This document shows, one piece after another, positions 26,647-36,200 of a DNA stretch of 64,000 bases (positions are counted from its first letter, which is position 1; each line of letters begins with the position of its first letter). Position numbers and translations under genes: made by a program. The DNA lies in the NCBI GenBank assembly GCA_018817795.1, contig JAHITJ010000208.1:43989-107988 (forward strand), in the 5' to 3' direction. Under the pieces are notes generated by a model that worked only from the letters and a program-made list of their open reading frames with translations, searched no databases and was not told where the DNA came from. Source of the stretch: Myxococcota bacterium (GTDB lineage Bacteria > Myxococcota_A > Polyangia > HGW-17).

Positions 26647-28569
26647 GTGGCTTATCTTGTTCTCGCACGTCGATACCGCCCGCAGACCTTCTCCGAACTC
26701 GTCGGACAGGATCACATCGTCACCATCCTCAGCAATGCCATCACCGGCGGACGAGTCCACCACGCGTTCCTGTTCACCGGCGCCCGCGGCACCGGCAAGA
26801 CGACCACGGCCCGCATCCTGGCGAAGTCTCTCAACTGCGTCGAGGGACCTACGACCACTCCGTGCAACAAGTGCCATCACTGCGCCGACATCGCCGCATC
26901 CAAGGACGTCGACGTCCTCGAGATCGACGGCGCCACCAACACCGGTGTCGACAGCGTCAGAGCCCTGCGCGAAGACATCCGGTACCTTCCCTCTTCGGGT
27001 CGCTACCGCATCGTCATCATCGACGAAGTGCACATGCTCACGACCTCGGCCTTCAACGCGCTGCTCAAGACCCTTGAGGAGCCGCCGCCCCATGTGATCT
27101 TCATCCTCGCGACCACCGAACCGCACAAGATCCCCGCCACCATCCTTTCCCGCGTGCAGCGCTTCGACTTCCACCGCGTGGACACCGACGTGCTCACCTC
27201 GTACCTGATGGGGCTTCTCCAGAGCGAGGGCTTCACCGCCCAGCGCGACGCCCTCCGCATCATCGCCCTCGAAGGAGAGGGCAGCGTGCGCGACAGCCTG
27301 AGCATCCTCGACCAGGTGCTCGCCCATCACACCGAAGGCGAGATCACCGCCGAAGAGGTCTCCCATGTCCTGGGCCTGTCGGACCGTCAGGCGCTGCTGC
27401 GCATGGGATTTGCCCTGCTCTCCGGCCAGCGCGAGGAGGTCTTCGAGATCCTCGAGACGGTGTTCTGTGACGGCAGTGATCTGGTACATTTCACCAAATC
27501 CCTGGCCATGGCCTTCCGGGATCTCGTGCTGTGCAGGCTCACCGGCAACCCGGGCCGCTTTTTGTCCCTGACCCCCGAGGAGCTCCTCGAAATCCAGGAG
27601 CGCACCGCGGTCTTTCCGGTCGATCACATTTATCAATTGTTTTCCCGCATCTTCTTCGGCATTGACCAGGTCGCGCGTGCCAGCTCGGCTCGACTGGCTT
27701 TGGAGATGCTCTTCTGCGAGCTGCTGCTGGCCCAACCCCTGGTGCCCCTCACCGATCTGTTCTCACGACTGGAGAACCTCGAGCAGGGCAAGCCCGCGAC
27801 CCTTCCGGCCCGCTCCGGTCCCGCTCCTGTGCCCAGAGCCCCGTCCGAGCCCAGAGCGCCGTCCGAGCCCAGAGCCCCGTCCGAGCCCAAAACCTCGCCG
27901 GCCACCGGACCCGCGTCCAGGCCCGGTCCCGCTTTGGCGCCTACCGAGGCCCGGATCCCGGCCGCCGCCATCAAAAATTCTCCCGATGCCCCTGCCAAGG
28001 CCATCCCTGGCCCCAAGGCTGCGCCGGACCCCCACACGACTGATCAGCACCAGGCCAGGCCTGCTGCGCCCCCTGCGCCCCCTGCGCCGGCCCCCGAAGA
28101 AGGTCCTTCTGCCACCCCGGTGATCGACCTGCAGGGTTGGCTCGCGTTCATCTCGGTGATCCGCCCCACCTTTGCCACCATGAGCATGCTCCTCGACGAC
28201 GGACGGTTCTGCGGCACCTTTTTCGAAGATGGTAAACTCCAGATCCATATCTGGTTTTCCCGCGGCAAGCACGACTTCAACTTCGCACGGCTTACCGACA
28301 GCAAGCGAGTGCTTGACGAACAACTCTCGCTGCACCTGGGCGTGCCCAGCGCCATCCACCTCACGCAATCGGACAAGCCGCCGGTGGCCCAGGAACTGTC
28401 CTCCGCCCCGCAGGGCGTCACCCTGGCCCACTCCGCACGCGAGGTGCGGGAACGACAGATGGCCACCGATCTGAAGCGTCAGGAAGAAGAAATGAAGAAT
28501 CATCCCTTCGTGCGGCAATTGCTGGACCACATGCACGGAGAAGTGGTCGATTTCACCGACCTCACCTGA
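26647..28569 (+). CDS. dnaX: DNA polymerase III subunit gamma/tau
   Basis: YLVLARRYRPQTF, GARGTGKTTTARI, zinc cluster, IIDEVHML, FNALLKTLEEPP; GTG start after GGGAG. Confidence 0.97.
   Translation: MAYLVLARRYRPQTFSELVGQDHIVTILSNAITGGRVHHAFLFTGARGTGKTTTARILAKSLNCVEGPTTTPCNKCHHCADIAASKDVDVLEIDGATNTGVDSVRALREDIRYLPSSGRYRIVIIDEVHMLTTSAFNALLKTLEEPPPHVIFILATTEPHKIPATILSRVQRFDFHRVDTDVLTSYLMGLLQSEGFTAQRDALRIIALEGEGSVRDSLSILDQVLAHHTEGEITAEEVSHVLGLSDRQALLRMGFALLSGQREEVFEILETVFCDGSDLVHFTKSLAMAFRDLVLCRLTGNPGRFLSLTPEELLEIQERTAVFPVDHIYQLFSRIFFGIDQVARASSARLALEMLFCELLLAQPLVPLTDLFSRLENLEQGKPATLPARSGPAPVPRAPSEPRAPSEPRAPSEPKTSPATGPASRPGPALAPTEARIPAAAIKNSPDAPAKAIPGPKAAPDPHTTDQHQARPAAPPAPPAPAPEEGPSATPVIDLQGWLAFISVIRPTFATMSMLLDDGRFCGTFFEDGKLQIHIWFSRGKHDFNFARLTDSKRVLDEQLSLHLGVPSAIHLTQSDKPPVAQELSSAPQGVTLAHSAREVRERQMATDLKRQEEEMKNHPFVRQLLDHMHGEVVDFTDLT
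27832..27885 (+). repeat. In-frame 18-bp tandem repeat x3 (PRAPSE) in the DnaX linker
   Basis: CCCAGAGC(C/G)CCGTCCGAG three times. Confidence 0.9.
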
Positions 28570-28581
28570 AGCGAGGATAGC

Positions 28582-28923
28582 ATGACGACACCAATGGATT
28601 TCTCCTCCCTGGGATCCTTCCTGCCCGGACTCAACGAGCTTCCTGCCAAGCTTGAAAAGATGCAGAAGCGCACCGCATCCGAGGTCGTCACCGCCGAGAC
28701 CGGCGGAGGCATGGTCACCATCGAGGCCACCGCCAACATGCGCATCCGTCGCATCACGCTCTCGAAATCCCTGACGGACCTGTCCGATCCCGAGATGACC
28801 GAGGATCTGCTGGCCGCCTGCTTCAACCTCGTCATCGATCGCTGCCGGGAGAAGTCCCAGGCCATCGCAGCCGAGGAACTGGGGCCCATGGCGTCCTTTT
28901 TGCAGAATAACCCGCTGTTCTGA
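28582..28923 (+). CDS. ybaB: YbaB/EbfC family nucleoid-associated protein
   Basis: AETGGGMVTI, DPEMTEDLLAACFN; located between dnaX and recR. Confidence 0.9.
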   Translation: MTTPMDFSSLGSFLPGLNELPAKLEKMQKRTASEVVTAETGGGMVTIEATANMRIRRITLSKSLTDLSDPEMTEDLLAACFNLVIDRCREKSQAIAAEELGPMASFLQNNPLF

Positions 28924-28931
28924 ACCCATCC

Positions 28932-29543
28932 ATGCAATCCTCCCTGCTGCCTCCCGCCATCACCGAGCTTGTTTCTGCGCTCTCCTCGTTGCCCGGCATC
29001 GGGGCCAAGACCGCCCGACGCCTGGCCTTTCACATGGTCGATGGTGCCTCCGACAAAGCTCTAGCGTTGCATCAGGCCCTCTCCCGGGTACAGAACGAGA
29101 TGGGTCATTGTTCCGTCTGTGGCTTTTTTTCCCGCCCCGACGAGCCATGCACGCTCTGTTCCAATCCCCACCGGACTCCCGGCCAGCTTTGCGTCGTCGG
29201 GCGTATCCAGGACGTCCTGGCCATCGAAGAGGCCCACATCTTCCATGGCCGCTACCACATTCTCGGAGGATACATCTCCCCGCTGAATCAGGTCTTTCCA
29301 GAGAGCTTGCACATCGACTCCCTGATTCACCGCATCACCGACGAGCACATCACTGATGTGATTTTTGCCTTCGATGCCATCTCCGACGCCGACTATACAG
29401 CGCAATACCTGCTTGAAATGATTCCACATGAGGTGCGGCTTCACCGCATCGCCGCTGGAATTCCCTTCGGTGGCGAGCTCGAATACACCGATGGCATCAC
29501 GCTTTCCCACGCCTTCACCCTCAAACGCGAAATCACGCACTGA
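28932..29543 (+). CDS. recR: Recombination mediator RecR
   Basis: LPGIGAKTARRLAFH, CSVC...CTLC zinc finger, Toprim region, GIPFGGELEYTD. Confidence 0.95.
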   Translation: MQSSLLPPAITELVSALSSLPGIGAKTARRLAFHMVDGASDKALALHQALSRVQNEMGHCSVCGFFSRPDEPCTLCSNPHRTPGQLCVVGRIQDVLAIEEAHIFHGRYHILGGYISPLNQVFPESLHIDSLIHRITDEHITDVIFAFDAISDADYTAQYLLEMIPHEVRLHRIAAGIPFGGELEYTDGITLSHAFTLKREITH

Positions 29544-29644
29544 CCGACTGCCAGTGATTCTGATTGCGATCGATTCACCTTTGACTTGATATTTTGATTG
29601 AGTGGATAAGTAGAAGGGGGAAGAAAAGGATCAGTACGTACGGA

Positions 29645-30199
29645 TCAGCCGCCGCGGGTCTTGACGACGGCGAAACTGAACCGGATGTACTTCGCGCGGG
29701 TGCAGGTCATCATGACCTGGTTGACGAGCTTCCATGGGATGTTCGTATCCGCGGCGATGAACGCATCGCCCTGGAACGCCCCTTCCCCGGCGGCGGCACC
29801 CTTGGCTTCAATCTCCTTCTGGCGGATCTCGTCGAGGGCGTCCTTGAGGGACTTGATCGTGAAGCCGTCGGGGGTGTCCGATGAGGATACCGAACCGTTG
29901 TTCACGCCTACGATCTTCTTGCCCTTCACGACGATGGTCGTACGGGAGATCTGGATGTCCACGCACTCCACCATGTTGCTCATGGTGTCGGACTTCGGAA
30001 CCATCAGTTCGTTCTTCTTCTGCGGAACCTGCATCGGGTCGGATCCGTAGCTCTTCAGAAGGAAGATCAGAATGATTGTGAGCGCGTCCATCAGGGAGGT
30101 GATGGTCAACGGGTTGTCACCCGGAGTCCATGGTGCCTTCTTATTCTTTTTTGGAAGTTCGTCTTCCTGCATCTGATCGAGCGATTTTGAGTCAACCAT
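29645..30199 (-). CDS. ExbD/TolR family protein, AglS-like
   Basis: LTITSLMDALTIILIFLLKSY single TM with conserved Asp; IAADTNIPW. Confidence 0.88.
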   Translation of the reverse strand: MVDSKSLDQMQEDELPKKNKKAPWTPGDNPLTITSLMDALTIILIFLLKSYGSDPMQVPQKKNELMVPKSDTMSNMVECVDIQISRTTIVVKGKKIVGVNNGSVSSSDTPDGFTIKSLKDALDEIRQKEIEAKGAAAGEGAFQGDAFIAADTNIPWKLVNQVMMTCTRAKYIRFSFAVVKTRGG

Positions 30200-30211
30200 G
30201 TCCGAACTCCT

Positions 30212-30871
30212 TTAGGGACGACCCACTGCAACGAGGGGGAACATGCAATTGCCTTCGAGCTGCCATTCCTTGTCGCCAGGCTTCTTCTTGAAGACGCAGG
30301 CGAGCGTGCCGCCCTTGATGTCCTGGATTTCGTTCTTCGCTTCGGGAGGCAGCTCGCGAGCCGCATCCAGCGTCTCGATGACGGTCTCGTACAGAATGGT
30401 GTCTTCCGGAACGATCGTCACCTTTCCCCAGTCACTGAAAGAACCGGCCGCCTTGGGGGCGTCCTTGCTGGAATCCAGCGAGTTGTTCTTGTAGTGGGGC
30501 TTGTAGAACTTGTCATACAGGAACTTGCGCAGGGCACTGGAATTGTAGACTTTCTTGCCGCCGGCATGGGTCACCGGAATGCAGACCTGGTTGGACGCCG
30601 CACGCTGCGGACAGGCCGAGCCGCCACTCTTGGTGGTGACATCATAGCCGTCCTGCTTGATGTTGATGGTCAGACCCAGAGACTTTTGGTTTTCGTCCTT
30701 TTTCTGGTTCTGAGACTTCGACTGACGGGGCGTATCCACCAGGACAATGCCAATCTGAATGAACTGCGCACTCAGCAGCAGAAAGGGAATCAGCAGGCAC
30801 AGCAGATTCATGATCGGCATCAGATTCAGTTCATCAAGCTTTTCGTCGACAGCCATCTTCTTTTTTGCCAT
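30212..30871 (-). CDS. ExbD/TolR family protein, AglQ-like
   Basis: ELNLMPIMNLLCLLIPFLLLSAQF TM; VTIVPEDTILYETVIETLDAAR; C-terminal MFPLV. Confidence 0.85.
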   Translation of the reverse strand: MAKKKMAVDEKLDELNLMPIMNLLCLLIPFLLLSAQFIQIGIVLVDTPRQSKSQNQKKDENQKSLGLTINIKQDGYDVTTKSGGSACPQRAASNQVCIPVTHAGGKKVYNSSALRKFLYDKFYKPHYKNNSLDSSKDAPKAAGSFSDWGKVTIVPEDTILYETVIETLDAARELPPEAKNEIQDIKGGTLACVFKKKPGDKEWQLEGNCMFPLVAVGRP

Positions 30872-30973
30872 GACTCAGACTCCTCAATCCAAAAGAATCA
30901 CCGATACCATTACCGTGCGCAGGTTTCGCCAGGTCCGATGACCTGCCTGGCACGGATGCCTGTTAAACCCGAA

Positions 30974-31609
30974 CTAGCGGGCGCGCGACAGGCGCCGGGT
31001 CAGCAGGTTGTCCAGCTTGGTCGAGTACAGTTCGACGTCGTCGATGATCTTCTTCGTGAAGCTGGTCAGCAGAAGGTGCGCGGTCAGACAGGGGACCGCG
31101 ACGATCAGACCGAACGCCGTCGTGTTCATGGCGACCGCGATACCGTGGGAGAGAACCGCGGAGCGGTTTTCCGGGGTGGCGGTACCCAGGGCGTCGAACG
31201 CCTGAATCATGCCCATGATCGTTCCGAGCAGACCAACCAGGGTCGCGATGTTGGCGACGCCCTGCAGGGCCGGGGTACGACGGGTGACTTCGGGGGCGAT
31301 TTCCAGTTTCGCTTCTTCGATCGCGGCGGACACGGCAGAGGCGCCATCACCGTATTTGGTGAGTCCGGCCTTGATCACGCGGGGCAGCGCGGCCGTCGGG
31401 GCGGCGTTGCAGAGCTTGATGGCCTGGTCGATGTTGTTCGAACCGACCAACTGCATCACCTGGCTCATGAAAGCTTCCGCGTTGATGTTGTAGCGGAACA
31501 GAAGGAAAATGGACCGTTCGATGATGATGGCAATACCGAATGCAGACGCAAACAGAATGACATACATGAATTCACCGCCGTCAACAAATGCCTTTGCAAG
31601 ACCACTCAT
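30974..31609 (-). CDS. MotA/TolQ/ExbB proton channel protein, AglR-like
   Basis: IIIERS, NIATLVGLLGTIMGMIQAF, GIAVAMNTTAFGLIVAVP; GGAGG RBS before ATG 31609. Confidence 0.93.
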   Translation of the reverse strand: MSGLAKAFVDGGEFMYVILFASAFGIAIIIERSIFLLFRYNINAEAFMSQVMQLVGSNNIDQAIKLCNAAPTAALPRVIKAGLTKYGDGASAVSAAIEEAKLEIAPEVTRRTPALQGVANIATLVGLLGTIMGMIQAFDALGTATPENRSAVLSHGIAVAMNTTAFGLIVAVPCLTAHLLLTSFTKKIIDDVELYSTKLDNLLTRRLSRAR

Positions 31610-31788
31610 TTCCGTATCCTCCGGTAGGGCAATCAAGCCCGGTTAAAGTGAGATGAACCTATAAAAACCTTCCGAAAAAAGCAAACAAATTTCAACTGTT
31701 CCTCAAAAACGTCCGGACCTGTTCCTCCGGGCGCTCGCATTTATAACGTATTTCGATCCTCTTGGGAAAGGAAATTGTAAGCATTCGA

Positions 31789-32037
31789 TCAGAAAGGTCC
31801 GGTGGCAAGCGAATCGTGGATCTTTTTAAGAAAATCCCTGTAGAAACGCGGATCTTTTTCATCCCATCGCCAGAACCCGCCGTACTCCCAGGCCTTGAAG
31901 ATCTCGAATTTGGGACGCGGGATCTGAACTTCGAGGACATCACCACCACCGGACTTGGGATCCTGCGCCTGCGCCGTCCCCGAGGACGTCATCACCGCAA
32001 ACACGCAAAGAACTGCAAAAAGATGAATGATTCTCAT
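31789..32037 (-). CDS. Small exported protein, GltF/CglF-like
   Basis: 82 aa, signal peptide ending AQA, LEVQIPRP...DFLKKIHDSLATGPF; TAATG overlap with the TPR lipoprotein gene; position matches the gltD-gltE-gltF order. Confidence 0.65.
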   Translation of the reverse strand: MRIIHLFAVLCVFAVMTSSGTAQAQDPKSGGGDVLEVQIPRPKFEIFKAWEYGGFWRWDEKDPRFYRDFLKKIHDSLATGPF

Positions 32038-33200
32038 TATTTGGATCCTTTCCCGGCCAGCCGCTCCCGGGACAGTTCCATCCACGAATCAATGCGAATT
32101 TGCAGCGCGCGATCCGTGATTTTCTTTTTCTTCAGGAACTCGGTGTAGGCCTTGGCGTGGTAGATGACCTTCTCCGCACGTACCTTGTCCGCGATCTTCC
32201 CGATCTGGGGGAAGTCATCCCAACTGACATACAGCAGCGCGAGATTGTAGTGACACTTATCGCAGGTTTTGTTCAGGTTGAGCGCATACTCAAACTTGGT
32301 CAGCGCCGCGTCGGCCTTTTTCTGCAGGAGGTAGCCCGCGCCGAGGTTGAGGGGCAGGCGCCATTCCTTTTTCAGGACGTTGCCGCCACCGAGCTTCTCG
32401 GCCTTTTCCAGGAGTTCCACGGCTGTGTTGGTCTCGCCTCGCTCGAGCAGCAGCACACCCATCGAAAAAATTGCCTCGGGATGGCTCGCGGCCGACGGAT
32501 GACCGAAATATTTCTCTGCCTGGGCCTTGTAGGAGATCACGGAGAGGTTCATGCCCTTGCTCTCGGCGCCGTCGGCCAAAAAGATATAATATTTCCCCAT
32601 CATGTACTGCCACATGGCGCCTGGCTCGGTGGGGGGATTCATCTTCTTGTGCAGGGCCAGGATATAGTCCAGCACCGAGCGCATCTTCTCCATGTTCTCC
32701 TGCTGATAGTAGATCGTGGCCATGACCATCATGGCGTCAAAATTGGAGTAATCCTGCTTGAGGATCTCAGAAACCAGCGCGAGGGCCTCCTTGTAGGCCT
32801 CGTCGGTCTTCTTCGCGGCCAGAAGCTCCGCCTTGGCGATCATCGTGCGCAGCTTGTCAGCGGCCGTGGGCTCGTTGCCTGGCGTCGCCGGTGCATCGGT
32901 CTTGCCGGGGCCCGCGGCGGTGGGATCGGCAGGGTCCGCAGGGTCGGTCTTGCCCGGCTCCCCGGTCTTCGGATCAGCCGGATTGGCGGGGTCCGTGCCA
33001 GGCGAGGTGTCGTCTCCAGGCTTCATGTCGGCGGACTTGGGATCGGTGGCCTTCTTGTCCGCATCCTTTTTCTCGGCAGCTGGATCCTTTCCTGCCGTGG
33101 TCTTCTTCTTTTTCTTCGAGCAGCCTGAGATCAGAAGCATCGACATCAGAATCCACAAGAGACTTACGGACCAATGAAGTTTTTTCGAGGTGAACATCAT
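32037..33200 (-). CDS. TPR lipoprotein, GltE/AglT-like
   Basis: LLISGC lipobox, D/P/K-rich linker, TPR helices (LNLGAGYL, CHYNLALLY). Confidence 0.75.
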   Translation of the reverse strand: MMFTSKKLHWSVSLLWILMSMLLISGCSKKKKKTTAGKDPAAEKKDADKKATDPKSADMKPGDDTSPGTDPANPADPKTGEPGKTDPADPADPTAAGPGKTDAPATPGNEPTAADKLRTMIAKAELLAAKKTDEAYKEALALVSEILKQDYSNFDAMMVMATIYYQQENMEKMRSVLDYILALHKKMNPPTEPGAMWQYMMGKYYIFLADGAESKGMNLSVISYKAQAEKYFGHPSAASHPEAIFSMGVLLLERGETNTAVELLEKAEKLGGGNVLKKEWRLPLNLGAGYLLQKKADAALTKFEYALNLNKTCDKCHYNLALLYVSWDDFPQIGKIADKVRAEKVIYHAKAYTEFLKKKKITDRALQIRIDSWMELSRERLAGKGSK

Positions 33201-33217
33201 GATCGACCCTTCTCCGG

Positions 33218-36200
33218 TCAGCGGGACAGCGGCTCCACTTCGGGTTGATAGGAGCGGCGCAGCTTCTTTTTCGAGAATTCCCTGTACTCACCCAGGGCTT
33301 CCTCGATGTTTGCGGAGGTCAGTTTCTCGGCCTCTACCAATTCATACAGCGCGGTGAACGCCTGGTTGTACTCGTCGGTGACCTTGTCCTGCGGAATGAT
33401 CGCCAGATCCTGGGCCTGACCATCAAGGGTGACTCGGTAGGTGCTGTTGTAGTACGTCTTGCGGCGCCATGCGAAGAAGCAGGTCTCAAGCTCGTCGGCC
33501 TTGGTCTGGGTGCAGCCGGACTTCTGCACCTCCTCTGGATTCTTGAGGTCTTCCTTGGCCAGCATGGCCAGGTATGGCGCCTCTTCGAAGGCCTTGATGC
33601 CGCGATAAAGCAGCAGCATCTTGAGGGCCAGCAGGTCGCCCTTGATCTGCGCAACCTGGTTGCGGAAGGCACCCTTCTGGTTCTTGTACCAGTCGTAGCC
33701 GCGGGCCAGATTGTCCAGGGAGCGTCCGTTGACGAGCATGATCGTCACTGTGTCGGTGGCCGGCTGGAGGACGCTCAGCCACGCCAGGTTCTGCATGACC
33801 TGGATGAGCTTGCCGATGTCGTTGCCGTCGGTGGAGTCGGACTTGATGCCCTTGAGGATGGTGTCGCTTTCGGTGATCGCCGGGATGCTCTTGCCGGCGA
33901 AGCGCTTCTTGGCGTTGGTCAGCGCCTTCTGGGCGATGGGCAACTGCTCCTTGATGTACTTCTTGATGTTCTCGGGGCCCATCTTTTCGCCGGCCTGGGC
34001 CAGTGCCTGCTGTTCCTTGAGCAACTGCGCGATGTCCTTGCGCTCCATGATGGTCTTGGTGACGGCCTTGTTGACGTCGCCGGTGGCCTGAAGGTCCTTG
34101 AGGAAATTAGGATACTTCTTGTTCAGCGACTGGTACTTGCTGACCGCGTCCATCAGTTCCTTCTCGGGCACGGAGCCGGGCTTCTGCTGGTGGGCCTGGA
34201 TTTTCTGTACGGCAGCGATCAACTCCTGGATCTCGGCGAGGCACTCGGCCTGCTTCTTTTCGAGATCCTCCTTCAACTTGGCGAAGCGCTTGGTCAGTTC
34301 CTCGCCCTTGCCCTCGAGCTGCTTCTTCCACAGGTCGAACGCGAGTTTGGCCTTTTCGAACGTGTCGATCTCCGTGGTGGACTTCTCCTTGAACGGATTT
34401 TCGTAGGTCTTCACCAGCGCGTTCTCGGCGTACTGGATCAGCGCGGTGGCGTAGTTGATGACGTGCACGCCCGGGTCGAGCCCGGCCTTGACGCCCTGAT
34501 CGTAAAGGTCCTTGTACTCCTGGATGTAGCGGCCGTATTCCTCGGCGGCCTTCTTGGCCTTGTCGGGATTCTTCGCGAGCAGCGTCTGGATGTTGTTCCA
34601 CTGGTTGGCCTTGCGGAAGGTCAGGTCCATGCGGGCCTTCCACATGCTCTCGTTTTCCTTGGTCTTCACCTTGGCCAGCGGCACATACCCTTCGAGGAAC
34701 CGCTCGTACTGCTCGATCTTGCCGATCATGTCGCGGGCGGTGCCCTCGGACTGGCCCTTCTGGGCGATCAGATCCTGCTCCATGTTGAAGATGACGTCTG
34801 TGTAGTACAGGATCTTGTCGGAGACGGTTACCCGGCAGCGGCCGCCTTCGCAACTGCTGCTCAGGCTGTAATAGTTCTCCACGGCGTCCTCGGAGATGCC
34901 CATCTTCTGCGCCAGTTGCTTGATCAACTCGTTCTCGGCGACCTCGAATTCCTTGTTGTACATCTTCTTGGCCTTACGGAAGATGTCGAACAGACGGTCG
35001 ACCTGGGCCAGCGTCTTGGCGTGGTACTTCGGACCGCCAGCCTTGTAGATCCAGAAGAGCTTCTCCTCGGCCAGGACGCGGTAGGTGCTCTCGTCCTTGA
35101 CTTCGATCTTCTTTTCCTTCTTGATGCGCCAGCCGCCGGGTTTGACCACCGTCAGTTCCTGCCACATCTTCATGGCAAGATCCTCCATGAAGAACTTCGT
35201 GGCGGCCTCGGCCAGCTCAAAGATCATGAACTCCTTGTAGCCGTCCTGGTGTGCGATGGCCATCATCCGGCCGGTCTCGTCCTCGTAGATCTTCTTGTTC
35301 AGCACCTCGATCGCGCCCGGATAGTCGCCGAGCTCCTTGGTGCAGGTGTAGATCTTCCAGTACACGCCAAAGAGGTTCTTCTCGAACTCCTTGAGCTTCT
35401 CGGTCTCCTTGGCATCGGGACGGCGATCCTTCATCTGACCGTCGAGCTGCCGGTACATCAGCAGCGCTTCCTTCCACTTCTTGGGATCGTTCTTGCCGTC
35501 GGCCTTGGCCTTCTCGGCGGCATTGAACACGACCTCGGCCTTCTTGACGAGCTCGTTGAACTCCAGCGCCGAGATCATGAGCATCAGTTCGCGGTGCTCC
35601 TTGTCGCCGCCGCATTTCTTCTGCTCTAGTTTCTTGATCGAGGCGTCGCGCTCGGCCGTGAAAGTGCTTTCGGTGCCCGGTTCGGCCTGCTGGAACTTGT
35701 AGGTCAGGAAAAGCATCTGCGAGGCGTTGATGGCCACACTGTGGGTGCAGTAGCTTTCAAGGAGCTGCCAATAGTACTTGCGAGCCTCGTCGACCTGCTC
35801 ATAGTGCAGGTAGATGTTCGCGATGTTGTTGATGAACACCGGGGAGTTGTCGTTCTTCGGGTAGATTTTCATGTACTCGAAGGCGTCCTGGATATAATTC
35901 TTAAAGTCCGCACTCAACTCTTTCGGGGTGTACTTGATCAACTTGTTCTCGTCCTTGATGTCGAACGGCGGAGGCGGAATCTTCAGGTCCAGTTTCTTGT
36001 CGTACACTTCATAAATGATGGCTGCGCTTTCCTTCTGGTGCTTGCTGCCCAGATGCGAGTCGCGCACTTTTCGGCCCCACTCCAGCGTGGTCTGGATGAA
36101 GTCCTTGCGGGCCTTGTCCGAGGCGGCCAGATCGATCATGTAATCGCGGTAGGCCAGCAGGATCATGTAGGAAGCGTCATACTCCAGGGAGGAGTTGGGG

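Noticed and set aside
26647..28569. Programmed frameshift or slippage site producing DnaX gamma
   Set aside because: No AAAAAAG or long A-run was seen; only A5 near 27973.
29601..29609. DnaA-box-like AGTGGATAA suggesting an origin
   Set aside because: A single mismatched box with no cluster, and no dnaA/dnaN nearby.
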